DNA of 64,000 bases from Candidatus Levyibacteriota bacterium (lineage in GTDB: Bacteria; Patescibacteriota; Microgenomatia; Levybacterales; UBA12049): contig JBEKQZ010000002.1 in assembly GCA_049519175.1 (NCBI GenBank), positions 70,782 through 134,781 of the forward strand. Reading direction: 5' to 3'. Every line of letters begins with the position of its first letter. Position 1 is the stretch's first letter. Below, in pieces: positions 9,539 to 19,168 of this stretch. The notes beneath the pieces are model-generated. The model had not been told where the DNA came from. It saw only the letters and a list, made by a program, of their open reading frames with translations, and did not search any database. A program made the translations under genes and the position numbers.

Positions 9539-11281
9539 ATGAGCCTCACTCTTTTTAACTACACCGGAGTGACAATTACTGTGGTTATGGCCGTCGTCCT
9601 GGTTGTATTGATTTTCAAACAAAAAAAGCAAAACCGCGAAATTCAAGCCAGAGAAAGTCTGGAAAGACAAAGGCTTTACCAAATTTCGATTTTAAAACAA
9701 ATTCAGGACAAAATCGGCTATTCGCTGGACATTGAGGAAATCGTTGATGTCATCACCGGCAGTTTAAAACACCTCTTTCCCTACTCAACTGTCGCCAGCA
9801 TTTTAATAAAAGAGAGCAAATTGGTGTTAAAAATTAATGTCGAAGAAACTGTCAGCACCAATTTTTTGGCAGAGGTTAAAAAAACCATGCTGGCATCTCT
9901 AAGCACTTTAATCGGCAATTTGCCCGGGGAAATTGAGCAAAAAGTGCAAGGCATACCGCTAGACGAAACTAAAAATGCTCCGGTCGCTTCGTTTTTTAAC
10001 ATTCCGCTAGTTATCGGCAACGATTTTGTCGGCTTGATTAACGTTTCGTCCAAAGAAAAACATTTTTACAAAGAAGACGAAGTCACCATCCTCTATCAAA
10101 TTGTCGACCAGGCTAGTAACGCACTTTTGAAACTTAAAAACGTGCTGGAAATCGAAAAAGGCAAACTGCTGTCAATGATTTCCAGTCTCGTCGACGGTGT
10201 TTTTATGGTTGACGCAAACCAAAACTTGTTGGTGATTAACGACGCCGCCAAAACTTTTTTGGGCTTAAAAACCGCCAATCCGGTCTTTACCGACTTGCTG
10301 GTTTCACTCGGCACACAGTATAATCTTTTGGATAAAATTAGCGACGCTTTGACAAGAAACACGCTGGTTGAAGACAAAGAAGTTACCATTAATGACAAAA
10401 TTTTCCAGATATTTATTACGCCGGTAATAAGTGCTAACCAAAATGAGTTGAATAAACCGCTCGGCGCCTCGATTCTTTTACACGACATTACGGTTGAAAA
10501 AAGCGTGGCGGCCATTAAGGAAGATTTTACCAATATGATGGTGCACGAACTACGCGCACCGCTAACCGCCATTAAAGATTCCGCCGAGTTGATGGTGGAG
10601 CTCTTGGATGAAGCCGGAAAATTGGAAAAAGATGAAGAAAAAAGGTTCCTAAATATCATTGACCAGCAATCCAAGAATTTATTGGGGCAAATCGGCCAGG
10701 TTTTAGACGCCGCCAAAATCGAAACCGGCAAATTTAGCATTAACAAAACGACTTCCGACATTGGAAAGGTTGTGACAGACGCGGTCGAGCCGTTTTTGCC
10801 TGAAGCGCGCAAAAAACAGATTTATTTATTGACTCAAATTAACTCGCCGCTGCCCAAAATTGATATTGATCCCCTACGCATTACCCAAGCGTTGAACAAT
10901 TTGATTTCTAACAGTCTTAAATTTACGCCGGTGAATGGAAAAATTGTGGTTTCGGTCAAAAATACTGACGAGGGGTTGAAAGTGGCGGTAACCGACAACG
11001 GCATCGGCATTCCGGAAGATGAACAGGCAGATTTATTCTCCAAGTATTACCAAATTAGAACCACGCCTCACCAGCTCGCCAAAAAAGGCACGGGACTAGG
11101 ATTATATATTACAAAAGGTATCGTAGAAGCACACGGCGGAATGGTTGGAGTTGAATCCGAAGGACTGAATAAAGGCACAACGATTTATTTCACTTTGCCG
11201 GTTGCCGAAGGCACGCCAACTATCATCCACTCGCACTTTCCACAAATGAATTCAACTCCCCTCTCCCAAACCGTGAACTAA
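9539..11281 (+). CDS. sensor histidine kinase (TM, GAF/PAS-like region, HisKA and HATPase_c)
   Basis: N-terminal TM helix. H-box HELRAPLTAIKDS, N-box LNNLISNSLKF, and G-boxes DNGIGIP and GTGLGLYITKGIVEAHGG are all present. Confidence 0.85.
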   Translation: MSLTLFNYTGVTITVVMAVVLVVLIFKQKKQNREIQARESLERQRLYQISILKQIQDKIGYSLDIEEIVDVITGSLKHLFPYSTVASILIKESKLVLKINVEETVSTNFLAEVKKTMLASLSTLIGNLPGEIEQKVQGIPLDETKNAPVASFFNIPLVIGNDFVGLINVSSKEKHFYKEDEVTILYQIVDQASNALLKLKNVLEIEKGKLLSMISSLVDGVFMVDANQNLLVINDAAKTFLGLKTANPVFTDLLVSLGTQYNLLDKISDALTRNTLVEDKEVTINDKIFQIFITPVISANQNELNKPLGASILLHDITVEKSVAAIKEDFTNMMVHELRAPLTAIKDSAELMVELLDEAGKLEKDEEKRFLNIIDQQSKNLLGQIGQVLDAAKIETGKFSINKTTSDIGKVVTDAVEPFLPEARKKQIYLLTQINSPLPKIDIDPLRITQALNNLISNSLKFTPVNGKIVVSVKNTDEGLKVAVTDNGIGIPEDEQADLFSKYYQIRTTPHQLAKKGTGLGLYITKGIVEAHGGMVGVESEGLNKGTTIYFTLPVAEGTPTIIHSHFPQMNSTPLSQTVN

Positions 11282-11623
11282 TTGACGCTAAAACTTTTCC
11301 CATCCAAAGCTACCTCAACCGTTCCGTCTTGGTCGGTCCTAAAGTATTTGATATTGTGGGACTTGAAAAAATCGAGCGCTTGAGTCGCTGGATGTCCATA
11401 ACGGTTATGGGCGCCGACCTAGATAATAGCGATGTCCGGATTGATTTGATTGAGAAAATAATCGCTCGTGCCGATCGCCGGCAAAAAGATATTGAGCGCT
11501 TAACTTTTTAATTGCTAATAATCCGGCAAAAGCTAGCGCTAGCGGCAGCCAGTATTTCTTAAGAAGGGGCAACCATTGGGCAAAAATGGCTTCAAAATCC
11601 ATACCTTCTTTAATATTATCAGA

Positions 11624-11736
11624 TTGCGGGGAGATTACAAAATTTTCGCTGCTTTCACTCGAATTTCCTAATTCCAGGTTCTAACTAAAACCGAATGAGC
11701 TGAAAGTAAGAAAATTTTCATAAGCGACCTAAGCAA
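11624..11736. repeat. copy A of a ~115-bp direct repeat flanking leuS; it carries two GAAAATTTTC palindromes
   Basis: ttgcggggagattacaaaattttcgctgctttcactcg ... gagctgaaagtaagaaaattttcataagcgacctaagca. A near-identical copy lies at 14131-14244. Confidence 0.7.
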
Positions 11737-11746
11737 TCCTAATTGA

Positions 11747-14122
11747 CTATCCAACTACAAAATTAATCAGTTTTCCTTCGACGTAAATTACTTTCTTAAT
11801 TGACTGGTTTTCGAGATATTTTGATACCTTTAGACTATGTTTTACGGCTTCTTCAATTTCTTTTTGTTCTTTAATTTTCGTATTTTGAATTGTGAGCGTA
11901 TCGCGGAGCTTTCCATTGACCTGCACCACGACTGACACCATTTCTTCAACTAAGTATTTTTCTTGATATAACGGCCAATTCTCTAAATGAATCGAGTTAG
12001 CACTTGTATTTATTAAGTGCCATAATTCTTCCGTAATGTGCGGCGCAAACGGCGCCAGCAATCTCAAAAGCGTGGCATATTCTTCTTTATCAACCTTTTC
12101 TTTAGCGCTTAAATAATTTAACCAGGTCATTAAAGCTGCCACCGCCGTATTAAACTGGAAATTATTTAAATCATCCCCTACTTTTTTAATGGTTTTGTGC
12201 ATCCGCACCGAATCTGACTGAGTTAATTTCGTTTCTGAAACTTTTTCGGAAAGCTCCCAAATTCTTTTTAAGAACCGGTAAATTCCCGAAATTGCACTAG
12301 TTGACCACGGAGAGGTGGCTTCATAAGGCATCATAAAACAAAGGTATAATCTGACCGCGTCGGCACCGTATTCCTTGACTACGTCATCGGGATTAACCAC
12401 GTTTCCCTTGCTTTTACTCATGCGGTTACCGTCCGGACCCAAAATTACTCCGTGCTGCACGCGTTTCTGAGCAAATTCGCTAAATTGAACTAGACCCAAA
12501 TCTTTGAAGAACTTCGTGAAAAACCGGGCGTATAAAGTGTGGCCCAAAGTATGCTCCGCTCCGCCAAAATAAACGTCAATCGGCATTAGCTGGCTAACTT
12601 TTTCTTGATTGAACGGACCATTTTTGAAATCTGGGGAGCAATAGCGGTAGTAATACCAGGCGCTGTCAAAAAAAGTATCCAGCGTTTCTGCGTCTCTTTT
12701 AGCTTTACCGCCGCATTTTGGACAACTGACATTAAGCCACTGCTCATCGGTTGCCAGCGGCGGCTTGCCTTTGGGTGTCCAATCAACGTTATACGGCAAT
12801 TCCACTGGTAATTTTTCTAAAGGAACAGGCACTAAACCGCATTTTTCACAGTGAATGATCGGCACGGGCGTTCCCCAATAACGCTGACGCGAAACCGACC
12901 AGTCGCGCAAATGATAGTTAACCATCTTTTTGCCCTCGGGTTTGGCTTTAAATGAAGTTTCAATAATTGGCAACTTGAACTTTTCGGCAAATTCTCTGTC
13001 TCGCTCGTCGGCAAACGGCACCGCCATAATCGCGCCCGTTCCGTAACCCGCCAGTACATAATCGGCAATCCAAACCGGAATCTCTTTGCCGGTCAGCGGA
13101 TTCTTAACATATTTGCCCGAGAACACTCCCGATTTGGTCCGGTCTTCTTTGCGCTCCATCTCGGTTTTCTTTTGCGCTTGCTTGATATAATCCTGAACTG
13201 CTTTGGTTTTGATGTTTTGCGCAAACGGATGTTCCGGCGCCACCACCATAAAAGTGGCCCCGTCGGTAGTCTCCGGCCTGGTCGTAAAAACCTCAATAGA
13301 TGACTTCTGACTACTAACTTCTGGCCTCTGACTACTTTTTATTGGAAATTGGAAATTGGAAATTGGAAATTGAAGTAGCATTCCTTCGCTTCTGCCGATC
13401 CAGTTGTTTTGTCCTTCCCGCACCTGTTTTGGCCAGCCCGCATCGCTTTGCGAAGTATTGCTGGCGGGCCATTCAACTTCCGGCTTGCCCACCGAAGCTT
13501 CAGCGGAGGTGGGCCAAATTAGCTTATCGGCGTATTTGGTAATGGCCAAAAACCACTGCTCTATTTCTTTTTGAATAACTTCCGTGCCACAACGCCAGCA
13601 TTTGCCGTTTTCGATATGCTCATTGGCCAGCACAGTTTGATCCGTTGGGCACCAGTTTGATAGTGCTTTTCCACGATATGCCACGCCTTTTTCAAACATT
13701 TTTAGAAAAATCCACTGGTTCCAGCGGTAATATTCCGGCAGACAAGTGACGACCTCGTGCGACCAGTCAATCATTGTACCCATAGTCGCGAATTGTTTTT
13801 CCATTGTCTCGACATTTTTAAGCGTCCAGTCTTTGGGATGCACTCCCCGCTTGATGGCCGCGTTCTCCGCCGGAAGCCCGAAAGCATCAAAGCCATTCGG
13901 AAAGAAAACATTTAAACCATTCATTCTTTTGTAGCGGGCATGTGCATCGGCCGGAGCAAAGGCAAACCAGTGTCCCATGTGTAAATCGCCGGAAGGATAC
14001 GGAAGCTCGACTAAATTATAATATTTTGGAGTTTTGGCAGATTCGTCGAATTTATACAATCCGTCTTTTTGCCATTTTTCTTGCCACTTCTTCTCAATTT
14101 CGCTGGGAAAATACCTTTTCAT
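11747..14122 (-). CDS. leuS: leucine--tRNA ligase
   Basis: HMGHWFAFAPADA (HIGH) and KMSKSKGN are present, with the CP1 editing-domain motif TTRPETTDGATF. 791 aa. It contains an in-frame (GGAAATT)4 tract just before CP1. Confidence 0.9.
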   Translation of the reverse strand: MKRYFPSEIEKKWQEKWQKDGLYKFDESAKTPKYYNLVELPYPSGDLHMGHWFAFAPADAHARYKRMNGLNVFFPNGFDAFGLPAENAAIKRGVHPKDWTLKNVETMEKQFATMGTMIDWSHEVVTCLPEYYRWNQWIFLKMFEKGVAYRGKALSNWCPTDQTVLANEHIENGKCWRCGTEVIQKEIEQWFLAITKYADKLIWPTSAEASVGKPEVEWPASNTSQSDAGWPKQVREGQNNWIGRSEGMLLQFPISNFQFPIKSSQRPEVSSQKSSIEVFTTRPETTDGATFMVVAPEHPFAQNIKTKAVQDYIKQAQKKTEMERKEDRTKSGVFSGKYVKNPLTGKEIPVWIADYVLAGYGTGAIMAVPFADERDREFAEKFKLPIIETSFKAKPEGKKMVNYHLRDWSVSRQRYWGTPVPIIHCEKCGLVPVPLEKLPVELPYNVDWTPKGKPPLATDEQWLNVSCPKCGGKAKRDAETLDTFFDSAWYYYRYCSPDFKNGPFNQEKVSQLMPIDVYFGGAEHTLGHTLYARFFTKFFKDLGLVQFSEFAQKRVQHGVILGPDGNRMSKSKGNVVNPDDVVKEYGADAVRLYLCFMMPYEATSPWSTSAISGIYRFLKRIWELSEKVSETKLTQSDSVRMHKTIKKVGDDLNNFQFNTAVAALMTWLNYLSAKEKVDKEEYATLLRLLAPFAPHITEELWHLINTSANSIHLENWPLYQEKYLVEEMVSVVVQVNGKLRDTLTIQNTKIKEQKEIEEAVKHSLKVSKYLENQSIKKVIYVEGKLINFVVG

Positions 14123-14130
14123 AAATTAAA

Positions 14131-14244
14131 ATTGCGGGAAGATTACAAAATTTTCGCTGCTTTCATCCGAATTCCTTGGTAATAAAAATCTACTGATACA
14201 GTATGAGCTGAAAGCGAGAAAATTTTCGCAAGCGACCTCAGCAC
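14131..14244. repeat. copy B of the leuS-flanking direct repeat
   Basis: ttgcgggaagattacaaaattttcgctgctttcatccg ... gagctgaaagcgagaaaattttcgcaagcgacctcagca. It is in the same orientation as copy A. Confidence 0.7.
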
Positions 14245-14313
14245 TTTCCTCTTATGCCTAGTATAGCATAACAATTATTTGACTTCCTAATCGTCTATGT
14301 GTAATCTTAAATT

Positions 14314-15129
14314 ATGGCTGAAGTTCATGATGTTTTAGCTTATAAAAAGCAGAGTAATTTTCGTGCTCTTTGGGAAGAATTCCAAGCTCAAGGAAGATTC
14401 GCTAAGGTTTTTATCTTTTTTACGTTTCTTGTTTCAATCTCCACTATGGCTCTGGCTGGTACAAGTTTAACTTTAATAAATTATGCTGCGGAACCAATCT
14501 CAACTATGCAAGCACCACAACAAACTTTACTTGCCTATGGAGGAAACCGGCGCTCTTATTGGACCAACAATTATCCTACGCCAACACCCACACCTACACC
14601 AGTACCTATACCTACAATAACTCCAATAACTAATACAGCAACTACCAACTTCACGACTACAACTACACCAACGCCAACAATAACACTTGCTCCTGCTCAA
14701 ACTTTAGCTGTTACGCCAACAATAACACCTGTTCCTGCTCAAACTTCAATTCCCACAGCAAATTCAATGCCCACAACAACCCCAACTCCTACCCCAATTC
14801 CAACTCCAACTCCAACTCCAACGCAAAACGCTATTCAACAAGCCCAACAATCTGTTGTTTCAACGATTGACAATCTTTTCCATATTCCTACGCCAACATA
14901 TTACTCCTCTCCTCAGGATTCTTTAGGAAATGATTCGTCAATACCCCTGCCACAGACTCCTACACCAATACCTACAAATATAACGCCTCGGGAAACAAAT
15001 TTTTTCAAATTTGCTTTTGATGTTATTGCTAAAGCTAACAATTCCGTAGTAAGCTTAGCAGGCAATCTTTTTTCAAGCATTCTAAAAGTCATTTTCCCTT
15101 CACCAATACAAATTAATAATAACCCTTAA
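14314..15129 (+). CDS. membrane-anchored Thr/Pro-repeat protein (PTPTPTP linker)
   Basis: N-terminal TM helix followed by long TPTPTPTP/IPT low-complexity stretches. Confidence 0.5.
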   Translation: MAEVHDVLAYKKQSNFRALWEEFQAQGRFAKVFIFFTFLVSISTMALAGTSLTLINYAAEPISTMQAPQQTLLAYGGNRRSYWTNNYPTPTPTPTPVPIPTITPITNTATTNFTTTTTPTPTITLAPAQTLAVTPTITPVPAQTSIPTANSMPTTTPTPTPIPTPTPTPTQNAIQQAQQSVVSTIDNLFHIPTPTYYSSPQDSLGNDSSIPLPQTPTPIPTNITPRETNFFKFAFDVIAKANNSVVSLAGNLFSSILKVIFPSPIQINNNP

Positions 15130-15176
15130 ATAGACATAGACTTGCAGTTTTAAGCTAAATTGCCTACGATAAGAGT

Positions 15177-15812
15177 ATGAAGATTCTTTTACAATCGCTA
15201 ATTCTAGTTTTGTCTTTCGTCTTTGTTTTTGTCTGGAAAGAAACGCCATTCGCCAGTTACACTGTCCCCCTAAGCGGACTCTTGATTGTTTTGTATATTT
15301 TGCTTTCGGCCAGGCAAAAAGGCAAAGGCTTTTTACAGATGGGCGGCGAAGGCCCATGGGGCATTTTCTTTTTAAACACCGTGATACTTTTGCTGATCTT
15401 TTCGACTGGTTCAATTGATTCGGTTTTATTCTTTTTGTTGTATTTCTTGGGTTTCGGCATTGCTTTTGTGTTTGAACCGGCGGTCACCTTTGTTTTTGTG
15501 CTGGGAGTGATTTTAGTTTTTGTTCCCGACGCCATCAAAGGCGATTTATTAGTAAATTCATTAAAACTTGGCTCGCTGCTTTTAATTTCTCCGCTCGCCT
15601 TTTTCTTTGGCAAAGAATACCGCAAAACCGACCAGCAGGATGAAGTAATTGAAGGCCTGGAAGAACGGACCAAAGAAGCCGCCGACACGATTTCCGAAGA
15701 TATCGAAGAAGTAATTAAAGACGAAAAAGCCGGTTTGAAAGACGAAGATATGGAGAAACTGAACGAAATTTTGGAAGAAACCGAAGACTTGAGAGAAGAA
15801 TCAAAGCATTGA
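15177..15812 (+). CDS. integral membrane protein with an acidic C-terminal tail
   Basis: 4-5 TM helices followed by a D/E-rich tail (EEAADTISEDIEEVIKDEKAG...). Confidence 0.5.
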   Translation: MKILLQSLILVLSFVFVFVWKETPFASYTVPLSGLLIVLYILLSARQKGKGFLQMGGEGPWGIFFLNTVILLLIFSTGSIDSVLFFLLYFLGFGIAFVFEPAVTFVFVLGVILVFVPDAIKGDLLVNSLKLGSLLLISPLAFFFGKEYRKTDQQDEVIEGLEERTKEAADTISEDIEEVIKDEKAGLKDEDMEKLNEILEETEDLREESKH

Positions 15813-15888
15813 TTCTTCAATTTCTAATTTCTAATTCTTGATTTCTAAATAAATCCCAATGTTTTAAAAATTTAAAATTGAAAATTCA

Positions 15889-16638
15889 ATGAAAATTAAA
15901 AATTGTAAATTAAAAATTGGCCTCGCTATACTTACTACTTGCTACTTAATACTTACTACTGCGCAGCCGGCGAGCGCTCAAACTATGAGCAACAGCAGCT
16001 ACATTATTCAAATGGGCAATTTAAATTCCATCTCGGGCGAACCGACCGGCTCCGGATATAAATTGAGCTATACTTCCGGGCAAACCGGTCCGGGACTTTA
16101 CTCCGGCACTAATTATAAAGTGCGCGCCGGCTTCCAATATATTTCCTCCATTATCCCCTTCCGCTTTAGCATCACTAACACCTTTATTGATTTTGGTATT
16201 GTCAGTCCGACTTCTCCGGTTTTAAGAACCAGCACTTTAACCATTTCCAACGGTTCCGCTTTTGGCTACCAAGTAACAGCTTCCGAGAATCATAATTTGC
16301 GAGTCAATAGTTCGGGCTTTGAAATTCCGCCGACTGCCTGCGGCGACTCCGGTCCGTCGTGCACGCCAACCTCTGCCGGCCCCTGGACCAGCACCTTAAC
16401 TTACGGCTTTGGTTATAGATGTGATAATCAGACCGGCACCGACTGTGACAGTCAGTTTTCCGACTCCACTTATTACAAACCGTTTATTGCTTCCCCGTCG
16501 GCAGTGGCAGTAATGAGTGGTACCAATGTTAGCAAAAACAGAGTTTCGCAAATCACTTACAAATTAAATATTTCCGGCTCCCAAGCGGCAGGATTGTATA
16601 CAAATGTTATCAATTACATAGCGACACCAACCTTTTAA
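15889..16638 (+). CDS. secreted surface protein with a WxL-like C-terminal module (small member)
   Basis: Signal peptide ending ...TTAQPASA-Q. The C-terminus ...YTNVINYIATPTF resembles the C-terminus of the 496-aa protein (YTATPSF). The 5' end is built from AAATTNN heptamers. Confidence 0.55.
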   Translation: MKIKNCKLKIGLAILTTCYLILTTAQPASAQTMSNSSYIIQMGNLNSISGEPTGSGYKLSYTSGQTGPGLYSGTNYKVRAGFQYISSIIPFRFSITNTFIDFGIVSPTSPVLRTSTLTISNGSAFGYQVTASENHNLRVNSSGFEIPPTACGDSGPSCTPTSAGPWTSTLTYGFGYRCDNQTGTDCDSQFSDSTYYKPFIASPSAVAVMSGTNVSKNRVSQITYKLNISGSQAAGLYTNVINYIATPTF

Positions 16639-16643
16639 GTATC

Positions 16644-17618
16644 ATGAATAAAGTATTAAGTATTAAGTATGGGAAAAGTTTTGGCCTAATCACGGCTGTC
16701 ATACTTACTACTTGTTACTTCATACTAAATACTGAGCCGGCGCACGCTCAATCCGTTGACCTGGGTATTTACCCGCCGGTTTTTCAAATTCAAGCCAACC
16801 CGCCCAGCGACGTAAAAATTCCTTTTTTCATTCAAAATTTCACCAATTCAAGTGTTCCTTTAACCATTTCTCTCAAGCCTTTCACCGCCGACCCGGCGGA
16901 AAATGGCAACATCACTTTTTTGGATGTCCCCGACTATGCCGACCCATATCTGCCGGAAAGAATTCAGGTTTTGGACGCGGATAATTCGGTTGGTGATTTC
17001 ATTCTCTCCCCGCAGCAGAAGAAAAATTTGACGCTGGAAGTGCAAATTCCCAGTAATGAACCCAAAGGCGATTATTACCTGGCATTAGTCTTTTCATCCA
17101 ACGCCGGCAATTCTGGCAATAACACCTCTTCCCAAGTAGCCACCAGCATTGCCAGCAACATTTTGCTTTCAATCGGTCCGGTCGGACCAACCAAAGGTGA
17201 CATTGAAGATTTTTCCACGCCGTTTTTTACCACTAAAGGTCCTGTTCCGTTTACGGTGAGCGTCAGAAATACCAGCGACCATTACCTTACGCCCAAAGGC
17301 TCAATTTTGCTGAAAAATATGTTTGGGCAAGCCATTGGGAAAGTGAATCTTTTACCGGTGAACATTTTGTCTAATACAGTACGCAAAATCCCCGATTCGC
17401 TTCAGACCAATTCGACAACGGCAGTTTGGCCGGAAAAATTCCTGATCGGACCTTATACCGCCATTTTGACTTTAGCGCTATCCGACAGCGGTCCGCTTTT
17501 TACCAGACAAATTATGTTTTTTGCCTTCCCGCTTGAATATTTAGTCGCGATTTTTCTGGTAATCGGCTTAATTATCTTTATCGCCGTCAGGGTAAGCGAA
17601 AACCGCAAAAGACTCTAA
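16644..17618 (+). CDS. DUF916-like cell-surface protein (N-terminal signal, C-terminal TM plus basic tail)
   Basis: Signal peptide MNKVLSIKYGKSFGLITAVILTTCYFILNTEPAHA. C-terminal TM LVAIFLVIGLIIFIAV followed by RVSENRKRL. It is a paralogue of the 19169 gene. Confidence 0.55.
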   Translation: MNKVLSIKYGKSFGLITAVILTTCYFILNTEPAHAQSVDLGIYPPVFQIQANPPSDVKIPFFIQNFTNSSVPLTISLKPFTADPAENGNITFLDVPDYADPYLPERIQVLDADNSVGDFILSPQQKKNLTLEVQIPSNEPKGDYYLALVFSSNAGNSGNNTSSQVATSIASNILLSIGPVGPTKGDIEDFSTPFFTTKGPVPFTVSVRNTSDHYLTPKGSILLKNMFGQAIGKVNLLPVNILSNTVRKIPDSLQTNSTTAVWPEKFLIGPYTAILTLALSDSGPLFTRQIMFFAFPLEYLVAIFLVIGLIIFIAVRVSENRKRL

Positions 17619-17673
17619 AAAACCTTGACAAACCCCAAAAAATACTTCATATTTAATTGTATAGTAGTATAAC

Positions 17674-19164
17674 GTGATAAAAAGATTAACTAAAAATTCA
17701 TCGATACTCGTCCTCTTTCTTTTAATTGCAGGAACATTTTTCACATCTAAGGCTAGCGCTTCTTCCCTCACTCAAGCATCCGACACTATTACTACCTCAA
17801 GACCTTCGGCTGCTGCTACTTTAAGCGCAAACCTTACTTCAAGCTCCACCGCAGCAGAAATCGGAGACAAAGGAGACATCTTTTTGGCTTCCGATTCTGC
17901 CATACTTTCCGCCGATACGGGAGAAACGTTGGAAAAAGTAACGGTCGCCTCGATGTCGGCAACCGGCGTTCCGATTCCTAGTCAGAAAATGGTTTATTTT
18001 ACCACCGCAACAGCAAATTCCCATCACGTCGGAGACGTTGTCATTGTTAATATTACCGCCACACACTTGATTAAATTTAATACCAATGCCGCCGTTCCGA
18101 GCGGAGGACATATCATTCTTACTTTTCCAACTACTAGCGCCAATACCGCTTCTCCTTCGGCCACCGGTTTTTCTTTTAACGGTCTTACGAGCGGCAATAT
18201 GAGCACTTATGTTCAGTGTAATCCGTCAAATGCCTGCGGCGGAAGCAGTCAAAGCGTTTCGGGTAATACCATTACTCTAACTACTACTGGAGCCGTTAGC
18301 GGCACTGTTTATATCTCGGTTGGCTGTCAAAGTGGCGTCAGCTCAAGCGGAATATGTACTACCCCGTCTCCGCTATTGATTAATCCTACCGTTTCTTCCA
18401 CCCAATGCTCCGGCTCAACCTGCACTGCCGGAGCGACAAATGACGTCTGGAAAATTACTGTTCAAACCACCGATACAAATAGCGTTACTCTTGATTCCGC
18501 CAGAGTAATCGTCGGAACAATTGAATCGGTTCAAGTCCAAGCGCAAGTCGAACCGACCTTAACTTTTGCCATCACCGGATTAGCTAATACGACCAATTAC
18601 AACACTACGGTTAGTCAGTGTGGTTCGGAAGCTTCCAACACCGGCATTGATTCCACTGCTACAACCGTTAATCTTGGAATTTTAAATAATGCGCAAATTA
18701 ACCGCGCCGCGCAAACTCTAACTGTTACTACCAACGAAGCTTTTGGTTATACCGTTACTGCTTCTTCTTCCGGACGTTTGATTAGCCCCGCGTCCGGCTT
18801 ATATCTTCCCGACGCCAACGGCGGCTCAGGTTTAACCACCAATCTTCTTCCCGCTCCAGCAGCCATGACCGCCGCCACTCCGGCTTTCGGCATTAGCCCT
18901 TGCGGAGTTGATGTTCCAACTTCCAGTCCCAACTGGGGAGGAACCGGGCAGACGGTTGCTTCAGGAGCTTTATTTGCTAACCCATGGAATAGCGCAGGAA
19001 ACGCCTACGCAATGACACTTGCTAGCTATACCGGCGGCCCTTCAAACGGAACTACAGCGACTCATGGAGTTACTTTGGTTAGATATGGCGCAACCGTTGC
19101 TGGAACAACGGCTTCCGGTGTCTATACAACAACTTTAACCTATACGGCGACGCCGTCATTCTAG
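17674..19164 (+). CDS. secreted Ser/Thr-rich surface protein with a WxL-like C-terminal module (large member)
   Basis: Signal peptide ...SKASA-SS. C-terminus YTTTLTYTATPSF. Thr/Ser/Gly-rich and β-rich. Confidence 0.55.
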   Translation: MIKRLTKNSSILVLFLLIAGTFFTSKASASSLTQASDTITTSRPSAAATLSANLTSSSTAAEIGDKGDIFLASDSAILSADTGETLEKVTVASMSATGVPIPSQKMVYFTTATANSHHVGDVVIVNITATHLIKFNTNAAVPSGGHIILTFPTTSANTASPSATGFSFNGLTSGNMSTYVQCNPSNACGGSSQSVSGNTITLTTTGAVSGTVYISVGCQSGVSSSGICTTPSPLLINPTVSSTQCSGSTCTAGATNDVWKITVQTTDTNSVTLDSARVIVGTIESVQVQAQVEPTLTFAITGLANTTNYNTTVSQCGSEASNTGIDSTATTVNLGILNNAQINRAAQTLTVTTNEAFGYTVTASSSGRLISPASGLYLPDANGGSGLTTNLLPAPAAMTAATPAFGISPCGVDVPTSSPNWGGTGQTVASGALFANPWNSAGNAYAMTLASYTGGPSNGTTATHGVTLVRYGATVAGTTASGVYTTTLTYTATPSF

Positions 19165-19168
19165 TATT

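Noticed and set aside
14123-14313. T-box riboswitch leader upstream of leuS
   Set aside because: The reverse-complemented leader lacks the conserved AGGGUGGNACCGCG T-box sequence. The region is instead one copy of a direct repeat that is also found 3' of the gene.
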